Below, in pieces: positions 1-6,939 of a stretch of 10,411 bases of DNA. A model generated the notes under the pieces. That model was not told the origin of the DNA and searched no databases. It worked only from the letters and a program-made list of their open reading frames with translations. The stretch is from IMG/VR virus record IMGVR_UViG_2531839473_000009, one strand, 5' to 3'. Made by a program: the position numbers and the translations under genes. Positions within the stretch are counted from its first letter, which is position 1; every line of letters starts with the position of its first letter. Source of the DNA: a virus. Its lineage: Duplodnaviria > Heunggongvirae > Uroviricota > Caudoviricetes.

Positions 1-1242
1 ATGGCGAGAAAAACACCCCCATTAACCACAGTGCAGATCAAAGCAGCCAGACCAGCGCAAAAGGAGTACACCCTACAGGACGGCGGTGGGCTTTTTCTCC
101 TGGTAAAACCGTCCGGATCAAAACTCTGGCGATTTTCCTACTACCGACCATCGGACAAAAAAAGAATATTGCTGAGTTTTGGATCGCTTGAAGATGTTTC
201 CCTGGCTGATGCCAGAAAACGCCGTAGCGAGTACAGGACGTTAATCAGTGCCGGAACTGACCCGCAGGACCATGAGAAGAAAAAACGAGAGGCAGAGGCC
301 CGAAGACAAGGGAACACGTTCGAAAATGTGGCGGCGGCATGGTACCAGGTGAAAATCAGCCAGAATCTGGCCCCCAACACGATTAAAGACATCTGGCGTT
401 CGCTGGATAAATATGTATTCCCGTTCATCGGCAACACGCCAATAGATACCCTCACTGCCCGAAGGTTCGTTGAGGTGCTTACACCCATCAAGGAGCGCGG
501 CAACCTGGAAACACTCAAGCGGGTTTTACAGCGCGTTAATGAGGTAATGGATTACGCCGCCAACAGTGGGCTGATTGATGCCAATCCGGCTATGAATGTG
601 CGTAAGGCGTTCCCCTCCCCTGTAAAAAAACATATGCCAACAATCCGCCCCGAACAGTTGCCGGAGCTTATGCAGGCTTTATCCGTATCAGCAACAGAAC
701 GGCAGACCAGATTACTGATTGAATGGCAGCTACTGACTGTAACCCGTCCGGTTGAAGCATCGTCAGCACGCTGGGAAGAAATCGACATGGACGCGCAACA
801 ATGGACGATCCCCGCCGGACGCATGAAGATGCGGCGTGATCACGTTATCCCGCTTTGTAGTCAGGCTATGGCGGTACTGGAGGCCATGAAGCCAATCAGC
901 CACCACCGCGAGCACGTTTTCCCTAGCCTGAAAGACCCACGGCAGCCTATGAACAGCCAGACCGCCAACGCAGCATTGCGGCGAATGGGATTCGCTGGCG
1001 TGCTGGTGTCTCATGGATTACGCGCCATATTCAGCACAGCAGCGAACGAGGAAGGATTCGAGCCGGACGTAATCGAGGCCGCACTCGCACACGTGGACAC
1101 GAACGAGGTAAGGCGAGCATATAACCGAAGTAACTACCTGGAAAAGCGCGTGGTGCTTATGCGCTGGTGGGGGGAATTTGTAGAGGCCGCAGCAACCGGA
1201 GTGACCATAGCCAGTGGTAAAAGGGGTATCCGTGCCGTGTAA
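1..1242 (+). CDS. int: Tyrosine-type site-specific integrase, P4/CP4-57 family (413 aa, apparently complete)
   Basis: N-terminus MARKTPPLTTVQIKAARP..YTLQDGGGLFLLVKPSGSKLWRFSY matches the arm-binding domain of P4-type integrases. C-terminus HGLRAIFSTAA...ALAHVDTNEVRRAYNRSNYLEKRVVLMRWW carries the H-x-x-R box and the conserved RAY..(catalytic Tyr)..LMxWW tail. ATG at window position 1, so the attachment site and any tRNA target lie upstream, outside the window. Confidence 0.92.
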   Translation: MARKTPPLTTVQIKAARPAQKEYTLQDGGGLFLLVKPSGSKLWRFSYYRPSDKKRILLSFGSLEDVSLADARKRRSEYRTLISAGTDPQDHEKKKREAEARRQGNTFENVAAAWYQVKISQNLAPNTIKDIWRSLDKYVFPFIGNTPIDTLTARRFVEVLTPIKERGNLETLKRVLQRVNEVMDYAANSGLIDANPAMNVRKAFPSPVKKHMPTIRPEQLPELMQALSVSATERQTRLLIEWQLLTVTRPVEASSARWEEIDMDAQQWTIPAGRMKMRRDHVIPLCSQAMAVLEAMKPISHHREHVFPSLKDPRQPMNSQTANAALRRMGFAGVLVSHGLRAIFSTAANEEGFEPDVIEAALAHVDTNEVRRAYNRSNYLEKRVVLMRWWGEFVEAAATGVTIASGKRGIRAV

Positions 1243-1343
1243 CTGTACAAAAAACCAGTAAAAGCGATGCAAACCATGCTAAACCATCGTATAATCACCA
1301 TATACAGAGAGACCCGACTCTTGAAATTCAAGGAGTTATCCGA

Positions 1344-1586
1344 GTGTTTTTCAATGAAAAGGTATCCCCTGCCTATGGTGAAGGCCTTCAACTGGCCTTA
1401 ATGGCAAATCGTGAATTCTGGTCAACGTACGATCCGGAAGACAAATCAACTGCCCCCACAAAACACGAGGTAGTCAGTTTTTTGCGCTCGCGTGGCGCAT
1501 CGAAAAATCTGGCTGAAAGTATCGACAAGGTGCTGAGGCCCACCAGCCTTAAATGCGGTGGGCGACCTAAGAAGTGGAAACGGTAA
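1344..1586 (+). CDS. Hypothetical small protein (80 aa), GTG start
   Basis: Open frame with a strong Shine-Dalgarno (CAAGGAG, 1329-1335) 8 nt upstream of GTG at 1344, followed by an intrinsic terminator. Basic C-terminus (GGRPKKWKR). No family recognised. Confidence 0.5.
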   Translation: MFFNEKVSPAYGEGLQLALMANREFWSTYDPEDKSTAPTKHEVVSFLRSRGASKNLAESIDKVLRPTSLKCGGRPKKWKR

Positions 1587-1592
1587 TCACAA

Positions 1593-1621
1593 TAGCGGCC
1601 CCTTGCGGTCGCTATTTTTTT
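1593..1621 (+). terminator. Rho-independent terminator after the 80-aa gene
   Basis: Stem TAGCGGCC / GGTCGCTA (8 bp with one G-U pair), 6-nt loop CCTTGC, then T7 run (1615-1621). Confidence 0.5.
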
Positions 1622-1665
1622 GCAGAAAGAAAAGCGTAATCAATAAGATAAAAAACAGTGGGTAC

Positions 1666-1702
1666 CGTTTTAAAACGGTGGGTACTGTTTTTCCCGCCCT
1701 GC
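1666..1702. promoter_or_regulatory. Direct repeat plus perfect 16-bp palindrome upstream of alpA (candidate operator)
   Basis: GTGGGTACCGTTTT and GTGGGTACTGTTTT direct repeats flank the perfect palindrome ACCGTTTTAAAACGGT (about 1674-1689), roughly 70 bp upstream of the alpA start. Confidence 0.35.
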
Positions 1703-1756
1703 CCTGTTTTACCGTATTTATCACCGGAATACGCCGGATTAACGAGGTAAAACATA

Positions 1757-1963
1757 GTGGAAACAATCAGAAAAATTCTTACCCGTCAGGAAGTAAAAAA
1801 TATTCTGCGCATCAAGGCAGACAGTTCGCTACAGGACATGATCAACGCCGGAAAATTCCCGAAAGGCTTCAAAATCGGTCTGCGCCGTGTTGGCTGGTAT
1901 GAAGATGAAGTGCTGGCCTGGCTGAAAGAGCGCGAGGAAGAAGCGCGCGGAACGGCTGCGTAA
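1757..1963 (+). CDS. alpA: AlpA-family phage transcriptional regulator / excisionase-like DNA-binding protein (68 aa, GTG start)
   Basis: Sequence ..LTRQEVKNILRIKADSSLQDMINAGKFPKGFKIGLRRVGWYEDEVLAWLKER has the AlpA/Vis/TorI signature (G-FPK ... R-VGW-E-EV-AWL). SD GAGGT sits 7 nt upstream of GTG. Position right after int is typical. Confidence 0.85.
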   Translation: METIRKILTRQEVKNILRIKADSSLQDMINAGKFPKGFKIGLRRVGWYEDEVLAWLKEREEEARGTAA

Positions 1964-2111
1964 TGGTGTGAGGCGTAACGCGATGAACATAACAAAAAGC
2001 GCCCCGTTGCCGGAGCGCCCTTGCGAACAATTAACCTGCTGCGAAAAAAATGGATCAGTGCAGTGGAATTATATCAACCGTGTGACGAAGCGCCACAATT
2101 GCCGGATAACA

Positions 2112-2142
2112 GGCAAAACAAAGGCCACCCGCTACGGTGGCC
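2112..2142 (-). terminator. Possible terminator for the leftward small regulator gene
   Basis: Hairpin GGCCACC-CGCTAC-GGTGGCC (2123-2142). On the - strand it is followed by the T-rich run TTTGTTTTG. Lies between the convergent alpA and minus-strand gene. Confidence 0.35.
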
Positions 2143-2245
2143 CCTCGACACAAGCTACACGTTATCCCCAACGCATGAGCATAGCCAACAATGCCACATT
2201 TGCGGCTGGTGGGCAAAGCGTAACCGGAAAAAAATTCCGGTGGAG

Positions 2246-2425
2246 CTACTCCTGCTCTTTGGCCTTGCGGCGCTGGCGGCGTTTGATCTCGCCGCGCATG
2301 GCTGCACTTATAAACTGCCCTGTACTTTCGCCTTCTTCTTTCACGTTTTCCATGCCTTCAATAATTTCATGGGCAATACGTGCAGTTACAGATTGTGATT
2401 TTGCATTCTTTGGACCTGTTGCCAT
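2246..2425 (-). CDS. Small DNA-binding protein (59 aa), candidate ribbon-helix-helix repressor
   Basis: Start chosen at the internal ATG (MATGPKNAKSQSVTARIAHEIIEGMENVKEEGESTGQFISAAMRGEIKRRQRRKAKEQE) because a consensus SD (AAGGAG) lies 6 nt upstream; the longer track ORF (to 2464) lacks one. Pattern of a short beta-strand (SQSVTARI), two helices and a basic tail resembles Arc/CopG/MetJ-type proteins. Transcribed divergently from an operator-rich promoter region. Confidence 0.6.
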   Translation of the reverse strand: MATGPKNAKSQSVTARIAHEIIEGMENVKEEGESTGQFISAAMRGEIKRRQRRKAKEQE

Positions 2426-2445
2426 GTCTAACTCCTTATGTTTTT

Positions 2446-2527
2446 GGTGTAAGACAATATACACGAAAAAAAATTATTTTGAAGGGTTGACGTGTAAGAC
2501 ACTATTATTTTATATTGTGTCTTACAC
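2446..2527. promoter_or_regulatory. Divergent promoter pair with three copies of a GTGTAAGACA(C) operator motif
   Basis: Rightward promoter: TTGACG (2487-2492), 18-bp spacer, TATATT (2511-2516). Leftward promoter on the - strand: TTCAAA, 16-bp spacer, TATATT (+ coordinates 2456-2483). Operator copies: GTGTAAGACA 2447-2456, GTGTAAGACAC 2492-2502 and its perfect inverse GTGTCTTACAC 2517-2527. The copies overlap the -35 and transcription-start regions of both promoters. Confidence 0.6.
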
Positions 2528-2624
2528 CTTGTTGATACAAGGTGCAGAAACGACGAAACCCGGCAGTGCGCTAACACTAACCGGGCTTCTAACCACCAAC
2601 GATAACGAGAGTATCGAGGTAGCT

Positions 2625-3239
2625 ATGTTAAATCATACCATACACCCGCAAGGGCGGGACTCGCACAACCTGAATAAATATATCTGGCGTTTTATCGCCC
2701 TGAGCACAGCACAACCGCGCGTGATTACCATTGAGGCCACCAGCGAACAGGAAGCACGCCAGAAAAACCAGTTGATCGCCATTGCCAGCCAGGGCTATGA
2801 TTTATCCGCACCAGCAAAATCTGGTGCCGGGATTGGCGTCCTGGTATTTAACGAAGCGCACAACACGCGCCCTGCGTGTTTTTTTGTGCCGGATAGTCAC
2901 ACCTTATCAATGGTGGGCTGTATGGGGGCGGAGCAATCCGCGCCGGGTTCTTCGTTAACCGGTTACGCCAACCCTGTACAGTCCACCGCCAGCGAAATTG
3001 GCGTTTCCTGCGGTGGGTTTATTAAACCTAACGAAGAGGCTGCCAACATGGCTACTATCCCTGCCCTCGTACATTCTCAAACTGCCTTTATCTGGCGCTT
3101 TATCATCTTTGGCGCGTCAGAATCCCAAATCATCCACGTAACCGCCTGGACGGAACGCGAAGCGCGTAGTCGTTGCCCGTCCGGTTGTGTTGCTGTATTC
3201 GCCGCCCGTATTCGTCAGGAGGTGCGCCATGTGCAATAA
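2625..3239 (+). CDS. Icd-like (host cell division inhibitor-like) protein, long form with two tandem Icd-like modules (205 aa)
   Basis: First ATG downstream of the rightward promoter, in the only long open frame. N-terminal module MLNHTIHPQGRDSHNLNKYIWRFIALSTAQPRVITIEATSEQEAR carries the HPQGR...IWRF...SE-EAR pattern I associate with Icd-like small proteins of P4-like islands. No stop codon separates it from the second module. The 1968..2624 part of the track ORF is rejected. Confidence 0.35.
   Translation: MLNHTIHPQGRDSHNLNKYIWRFIALSTAQPRVITIEATSEQEARQKNQLIAIASQGYDLSAPAKSGAGIGVLVFNEAHNTRPACFFVPDSHTLSMVGCMGAEQSAPGSSLTGYANPVQSTASEIGVSCGGFIKPNEEAANMATIPALVHSQTAFIWRFIIFGASESQIIHVTAWTEREARSRCPSGCVAVFAARIRQEVRHVQ
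3048..3239 (+). CDS. Icd-like small protein (63 aa), internal in-frame start of the same frame
   Basis: ATG at 3048 preceded by GAAGAGG 8 nt upstream. Product MATIPALVHSQTAFIWRFIIFGASESQIIHVTAWTEREARSRCPSGCVAVFAARIRQEVRHVQ is the more canonical Icd-like module (FIWRF ... EREAR ... FAxR) and has the size typical of that family. Its stop overlaps the next gene start. Confidence 0.45.
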   Translation: MATIPALVHSQTAFIWRFIIFGASESQIIHVTAWTEREARSRCPSGCVAVFAARIRQEVRHVQ

Positions 3240-3459
3240 AAACACGCCGGACGCAGCAGGCGAAGCATTGAAAGTACTGATACATGCGCTTGTGGATATA
3301 AATTGCATGGTAGAGATCATGGAGAGGAAATCACAGTCGGAGTACGACAAAAGAAAATTTAAAACAATAAAAATAATTATCAAAAACTCACTGACAAAAG
3401 CTACAGACATCCTCAATGAGGACACTAAAAGAATCAGGGAGAAACTGTGTGATGCATAA
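3229..3459 (+). CDS. Hypothetical protein (76 aa), AT-rich accessory gene
   Basis: ATG at 3229 with consensus SD AGGAGG (3216-3221). Overlaps the upstream stop by 11 nt. Local GC is about 30-37% (hand count of 60-nt blocks) versus about 55% in the flanks. Predicted lysine-rich product, no family recognised. Confidence 0.5.
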   Translation: MCNKNTPDAAGEALKVLIHALVDINCMVEIMERKSQSEYDKRKFKTIKIIIKNSLTKATDILNEDTKRIREKLCDA

Positions 3460-3679
3460 AATACCCTTTAATGTTCTTATTCATTCTGAGAATGCATTAA
3501 TCCGCGCAAAGGAAATGGAGGCATTATTACTTAAGTTAATGGAAGTGCCGGAAAATGGCGATGAATCATATCCCATGATGTTTTCTGCCGTGCACACATT
3601 ATTAACGCCAGTAATTAACGAATTAAATACAGTGATGGCAATTCACGAGAATAATAAAGCGCATCACACCGGAGAATAA
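3452..3679 (+). CDS. Hypothetical protein (75 aa), AT-rich accessory gene
   Basis: ATG at 3452 (MHKIPFNVLIHSENALIRAKEMEALLLKLMEV...) with SD-like AGGGAGA about 9 nt upstream. Overlaps the previous stop by 8 nt. Same low-GC block. The track ORF start at 3416 is rejected because it has no SD. Confidence 0.5.
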   Translation: MHKIPFNVLIHSENALIRAKEMEALLLKLMEVPENGDESYPMMFSAVHTLLTPVINELNTVMAIHENNKAHHTGE

Positions 3680-3684
3680 AAACC

Positions 3685-3984
3685 ATGAAACAGAAAAATT
3701 CTGGCTTTACTGCCAGTGGCCTCGCTCGGCCTGAAATCCGCCCCGGCGATATTTTCCGGGATAACTACGGCGGCACGGTAACGATTAAAAGCGTGGCGGG
3801 ACGGTGCGTAACTTACCGCCGTGAAGGTTACGAATATGATTGCGTGATGCCTGTTTATCAGTTCCGGCGTGATTTTTCTCTGGTACAGACCGCGCCGCAT
3901 AACGTGCCCACCAGCAACGCCAGGGCACGGGCAAACATCCAGAAGCTGAAAACCATGATTAACGGATTCAGGGGTAAAAAATGA
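3685..3984 (+). CDS. Hypothetical protein (99 aa) immediately upstream of and coupled to the primase gene
   Basis: ATG at 3685 with GGAGA 9 nt upstream. Its stop overlaps the primase start (ATGA, 3981-3984). Occupies the position held by small helper-interaction genes (epsilon-like) in P4-type left operons, but no sequence similarity can be asserted. Confidence 0.6.
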   Translation: MKQKNSGFTASGLARPEIRPGDIFRDNYGGTVTIKSVAGRCVTYRREGYEYDCVMPVYQFRRDFSLVQTAPHNVPTSNARARANIQKLKTMINGFRGKK

Positions 3985-5735
3985 AACTGGCACCGAACGT
4001 AAAACAGCAGTCACGCGGCATAAAACACAAAGAAACAGAAGTCATTATTTTTGCGGGTAGTGATGCCTGGTCACACGCAAAACAATGGCAGGAACATGAC
4101 GCGCGTCTGGCCGGAGATAATGAGCCTCCTGTGTGGCTTGGGGAGCAGCAGTTATCAGAACTGGATAAGCTGCAAATTGTGCCGGAAGGCAGAAAATCCG
4201 TGCGCATATTCAGGGCCGGATATCTTGCGCCAGTAATGATAAAGGCGATTGGCCAGAAGCTGGCGGCGGCAGGCGTACAGGATGCAAATTTTTATCCTGA
4301 GGGTATGCACGGCCAAGAGGTGCAGAACTGGCGCGAATATCTGGCCCGTGAGCGACAGAATCTTTCTGATGGTCTGGTCATTGAGCTTCCGGTAAAGCAA
4401 AAGGCGCAACTTTCGCAGATGGCGGACAGTGAGCGCGCGCAGCTGCTTGCCGATCGCTTTGATGGCGTTTGCGTACATCCTGAAAGTGAAATCGTTTACG
4501 TATGGCGCGGCGGGGTATGGTGTCCGGTCAGCACAATGGAACTTAGCCGCGAAATGGTGGCGATCTATTCAGAGCACAGGGCCACTTTCAGCAAGCGCGT
4601 AATCAATAACGCCGTGGAAGCGTTAAAAGTTATTGCCGAACCAATGGGCGAGCCGTCCGGCGATTTGCTGCCGTTCGCCAATGGTGCGCTTGACCTGAAA
4701 ACGGGGGAATTTTCCCCGCACACGCCGGAGAACTGGATCACCACGCACAACGGTATTGAGTACACGCCACCAGCACCAGGGGAGAATATCCGCGACAACG
4801 CGCCAAACTTTCATAAATGGCTTGAGCACGTAGCCGGAAAAGACCCGCGCAAGATGATGCGTATATGTGCCGCGCTGTACATGATTATGGCGAACCGGTA
4901 CGACTGGCAGATGTTTATTGAGGCCACCGGAGACGGCGGGAGCGGTAAAAGTACATTCACGCACATAGCCAGCCTTCTGGCAGGGAAACAGAACACGGTG
5001 AGCGCGGAGATGACATCGCTTGATGATGCTGGTGGACGTGCGCAGGTTGTCGGGAGTCGTCTTATCGTCCTGGCTGACCAGCCGAAATATACAGGCGAAG
5101 GAACGGGCATCAAGAAAATCACGGGCGGCGACCCCGTGGAAATTAACCCGAAATATGAAAAGCGTTTTACGGCGGTAATCAGGGCGGTGGTGCTGGCTAC
5201 CAACAATAACCCGATGATATTCACCGAACGGGCCGGAGGTGTGTCACGTCGTCGCATAATTTTCCGTTTCGACAATATCGTCAGTGAGGCCGAAAAAGAC
5301 AGGGAGCTACCGGAAAAGATTGCGGCTGAAATCCCTGTCATTATCCGCCGATTGCTGGCGAACTTTACCGACCCTGAGAAGGCACGGGCTTTACTACTGG
5401 AACAGCGTGACGGTGATGAAGCACTGGCAATAAAGCAACAGACGGATCCGGTTATTGAGTTTTGCCAGTTCCTGAATTTTCTGGAGGAAGCGCGCGGCCT
5501 GATGATGGGTGGCGGTGGTGATTCAGTGAAGTACACGACCAGGAACAGCCTTTATCGCGTCTATCTGGCGTTTATGGCGTACGCAGGCAGGAGCAAACCG
5601 CTAAACGTAAATGACTTTGGCAAGGCTATGAAGCCAGCCGCGAAAGTTTACGGACATAAATATATTACGCGGAAAGTTAAGGGAGTAACGCAGACTAACG
5701 CAATAACAACAGACGAGTGCGACGCGTTTTTATAA
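3981..5735 (+). CDS. Replication initiator: primase / SF3-type helicase (P4 alpha-like / D5 family, 584 aa)
   Basis: Walker A motif ATGDGGSGKST (nt about 4922-4954) and a Walker B-like RLIVLAD a short distance downstream. Large size, position after alpA and directly upstream of an iteron cluster match the pri-rep genes of PICI/P4-like satellites. Confidence 0.88.
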   Translation: MKLAPNVKQQSRGIKHKETEVIIFAGSDAWSHAKQWQEHDARLAGDNEPPVWLGEQQLSELDKLQIVPEGRKSVRIFRAGYLAPVMIKAIGQKLAAAGVQDANFYPEGMHGQEVQNWREYLARERQNLSDGLVIELPVKQKAQLSQMADSERAQLLADRFDGVCVHPESEIVYVWRGGVWCPVSTMELSREMVAIYSEHRATFSKRVINNAVEALKVIAEPMGEPSGDLLPFANGALDLKTGEFSPHTPENWITTHNGIEYTPPAPGENIRDNAPNFHKWLEHVAGKDPRKMMRICAALYMIMANRYDWQMFIEATGDGGSGKSTFTHIASLLAGKQNTVSAEMTSLDDAGGRAQVVGSRLIVLADQPKYTGEGTGIKKITGGDPVEINPKYEKRFTAVIRAVVLATNNNPMIFTERAGGVSRRRIIFRFDNIVSEAEKDRELPEKIAAEIPVIIRRLLANFTDPEKARALLLEQRDGDEALAIKQQTDPVIEFCQFLNFLEEARGLMMGGGGDSVKYTTRNSLYRVYLAFMAYAGRSKPLNVNDFGKAMKPAAKVYGHKYITRKVKGVTQTNAITTDECDAFL

Positions 5736-5749
5736 TTTTTTGTAATTGC

Positions 5750-5975
5750 TGTCTACCCTGTCTACCTGAGTAAAGAAAAATACATTTAATTCAGTGCATT
5801 AAGTTATGTAGATAGCCTTTTTTTACTATCTACCCACTATCTACCCTCTCTACCTGATTTTACCTGAATCAGACAGGGAGGTAGACACGGGGTAGATAGT
5901 GGATAAAAGCACTCTACCCCGCTGAAAGCCGCGCCATTACTGGCATGAGGGCCACTAAGGTAGATAAGGTAGACA
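5750..5975. repeat. Iteron cluster, candidate origin of replication
   Basis: At least five direct copies of core TCTACC (5752, 5761, 5829, 5840, 5849, plus CTCTACCCC at about 5913) and four inverted copies GGTAGA (5880, 5891, 5959, 5969). Many are spaced 9-11 bp apart in a non-coding gap directly downstream of the primase/helicase gene. Confidence 0.6.
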
Positions 5976-6023
5976 AGGGGAGGCACAACTCAAAACTTTT
6001 TAAACGAGGGGGTAAAAATAAAT

Positions 6024-6302
6024 ATGCACACTTCAGGGAAATTTAATAAATCACTCAAAAAACGCAGAGACAGAACAGAACCGAAATATCGCGCGTTAGA
6101 CATGACAGAGCACGCTTTAAAGGTGGCAATCAGAACGATAGACCGCCACGCGGGGGAAGGATACGCGAAAGCACATCCCGACCTGATAAGCGCATTCATG
6201 ACCACGACGGCGGCAAATTTTGCCACGCTGACAGAGCGGGAGATTGCCGAAGCGGAACAGGTAACAACAATCAACGTTAAAACCGGAGAGGTGGAATCAT
6301 GA
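6024..6302 (+). CDS. Hypothetical protein (92 aa) upstream of and coupled to ssb
   Basis: ATG at 6024 with G-rich SD (GAGGGGG) 11 nt upstream. Stop overlaps the ssb start (ATGA). No family recognised. Confidence 0.5.
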   Translation: MHTSGKFNKSLKKRRDRTEPKYRALDMTEHALKVAIRTIDRHAGEGYAKAHPDLISAFMTTTAANFATLTEREIAEAEQVTTINVKTGEVES

Positions 6303-6721
6303 CAGCACAGATAGCCGCTTACGGGCGGCTGGTGGACGACCCGCAGGTAAAACAGACCAGCAAGGGCACACCGATGACGCTGGCGCGTATGGCGGTCCCC
6401 CTTCCGTGCAGCCAGGCAGATGACGGAACGGCGACGATGTGGTTATCCGTCCTGGCATTTGGCAGACAGGCCGAAGCACTGGAAAGGCACCGCAAGGGTG
6501 AACTCCTGAGCGTGGCGGGTAACATGCAGATCAGCCAGTGGACTGGGCAGAACGGAGAAACGCGGCAGGGCTGGCAGGTTATCGCAGACAGTGTAATCAG
6601 TGCGCGAACGGCGCGACTGGGCGGCAAAAAAGGTCAACAGGGCCAGGCTACTGACGCGCTGAACAGGGCAAAACAACAGGCGGGGAATGATGATCCGTAC
6701 GGGGATAACATACCGTTTTAA
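6299..6721 (+). CDS. ssb: Single-stranded DNA-binding protein (SSB-like, 140 aa)
   Basis: OB-fold region aligns by eye with E. coli SSB (GRLVDDPQVK versus GNLGQDPEVR; WLSVLAFGRQAEALERHRKGELLSVAGNMQISQWTGQNGETRQGW versus [43 protein letters not shown]). Gly/Gln-rich linker and acidic C-terminal tail ending DDPYGDNIPF (canonical SSB tip is DDDIPF). Confidence 0.8.
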   Translation: MTAQIAAYGRLVDDPQVKQTSKGTPMTLARMAVPLPCSQADDGTATMWLSVLAFGRQAEALERHRKGELLSVAGNMQISQWTGQNGETRQGWQVIADSVISARTARLGGKKGQQGQATDALNRAKQQAGNDDPYGDNIPF

Positions 6722-6736
6722 GCGACGAGTGACAGA

Positions 6737-6760
6737 AGCCGGAGCAATCCGGCTTTTTTA
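6737..6760 (+). terminator. Rho-independent terminator after ssb
   Basis: Perfect 7-bp stem AGCCGGA / TCCGGCT with GCAA loop, followed by T6. Part of a roughly 65-bp element repeated at 9171-9245. Confidence 0.7.
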
Positions 6761-6939
6761 CGGGTCCTCCTGGCGGGGTGGGCCTGAACACGGGGCGGGA
6801 GGCGCGGAAAAAAGCGCATTTTTGTGATTTTATCGTCATCATCATCATGAGCGTAATTTATTGTTTTTAATTGTTTTGATGCAAAAAAGATGATGGTTGT
6901 GGTTAATTTTTGTTCGACATCTTTGCAGGCAGATAAAAA

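Noticed and set aside
141-1391. Five minus-strand ORFs inside or overlapping the integrase gene (141..518, 552..824, 763..1014, 1018..1272, 1134..1391)
   Set aside because: All are antisense to a well-supported integrase CDS with conserved catalytic motifs and show no start signals or family features.
1558-1995. ORFs 1558..1902 (+, 114 aa) and 1786..1995 (-, 69 aa)
   Set aside because: The first reads through the terminator hairpin and the alpA upstream repeats and is out of frame with alpA. The second is antisense to alpA. The AlpA frame carries the family signature.
2021-2398. 125-aa + strand ORF
   Set aside because: Alternative frame overlapping both the region downstream of alpA and the minus-strand regulator gene. 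No SD and no recognisable motif. Probably a chance open frame.
1968-2624. 5' part of the 423-aa track ORF (1968..3239, GTG start)
   Set aside because: This stretch runs antisense to the RHH-like gene, which has a consensus SD, and straight through the AT-rich divergent promoter/operator. It has no SD at 1968 and no recognisable protein features. Only the part downstream of the promoter (from 2625) is considered coding.
3117-3425. 102-aa minus-strand ORF across the Icd-like / AT-rich gene junction
   Set aside because: Antisense to two + strand genes with consensus SD sequences. The plus-strand arrangement with overlapping stop-start junctions is more parsimonious. Cannot be fully excluded without expression data.
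3664-4014. 116-aa minus-strand ORF
   Set aside because: Antisense to the 99-aa gene and primase start, which are translationally coupled with good SD sequences.
4811-5536. 241-aa minus-strand ORF, plus smaller ORFs 3968..4207, 4155..4478, 4565..4798 and 4623..4964 (-) and 4051..4236 (+)
   Set aside because: They lie entirely within the primase/helicase gene, antisense or in an alternative frame. They are Ser/Arg/Cys-rich as expected of shadow frames and lack SD sequences.
5750-5975. Possibility that the short repeats are a CRISPR array
   Set aside because: The units are only 6-8 bp, occur in both orientations and have no regular repeat-spacer periodicity of 28-37 bp. They fit iterons, not CRISPR repeats.
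6297-6848. Minus-strand ORFs 6297..6479, 6319..6627, 6443..6676 and 6648..6848
   Set aside because: Antisense to the SSB gene, or running through its terminator hairpin. Compositional shadow frames.
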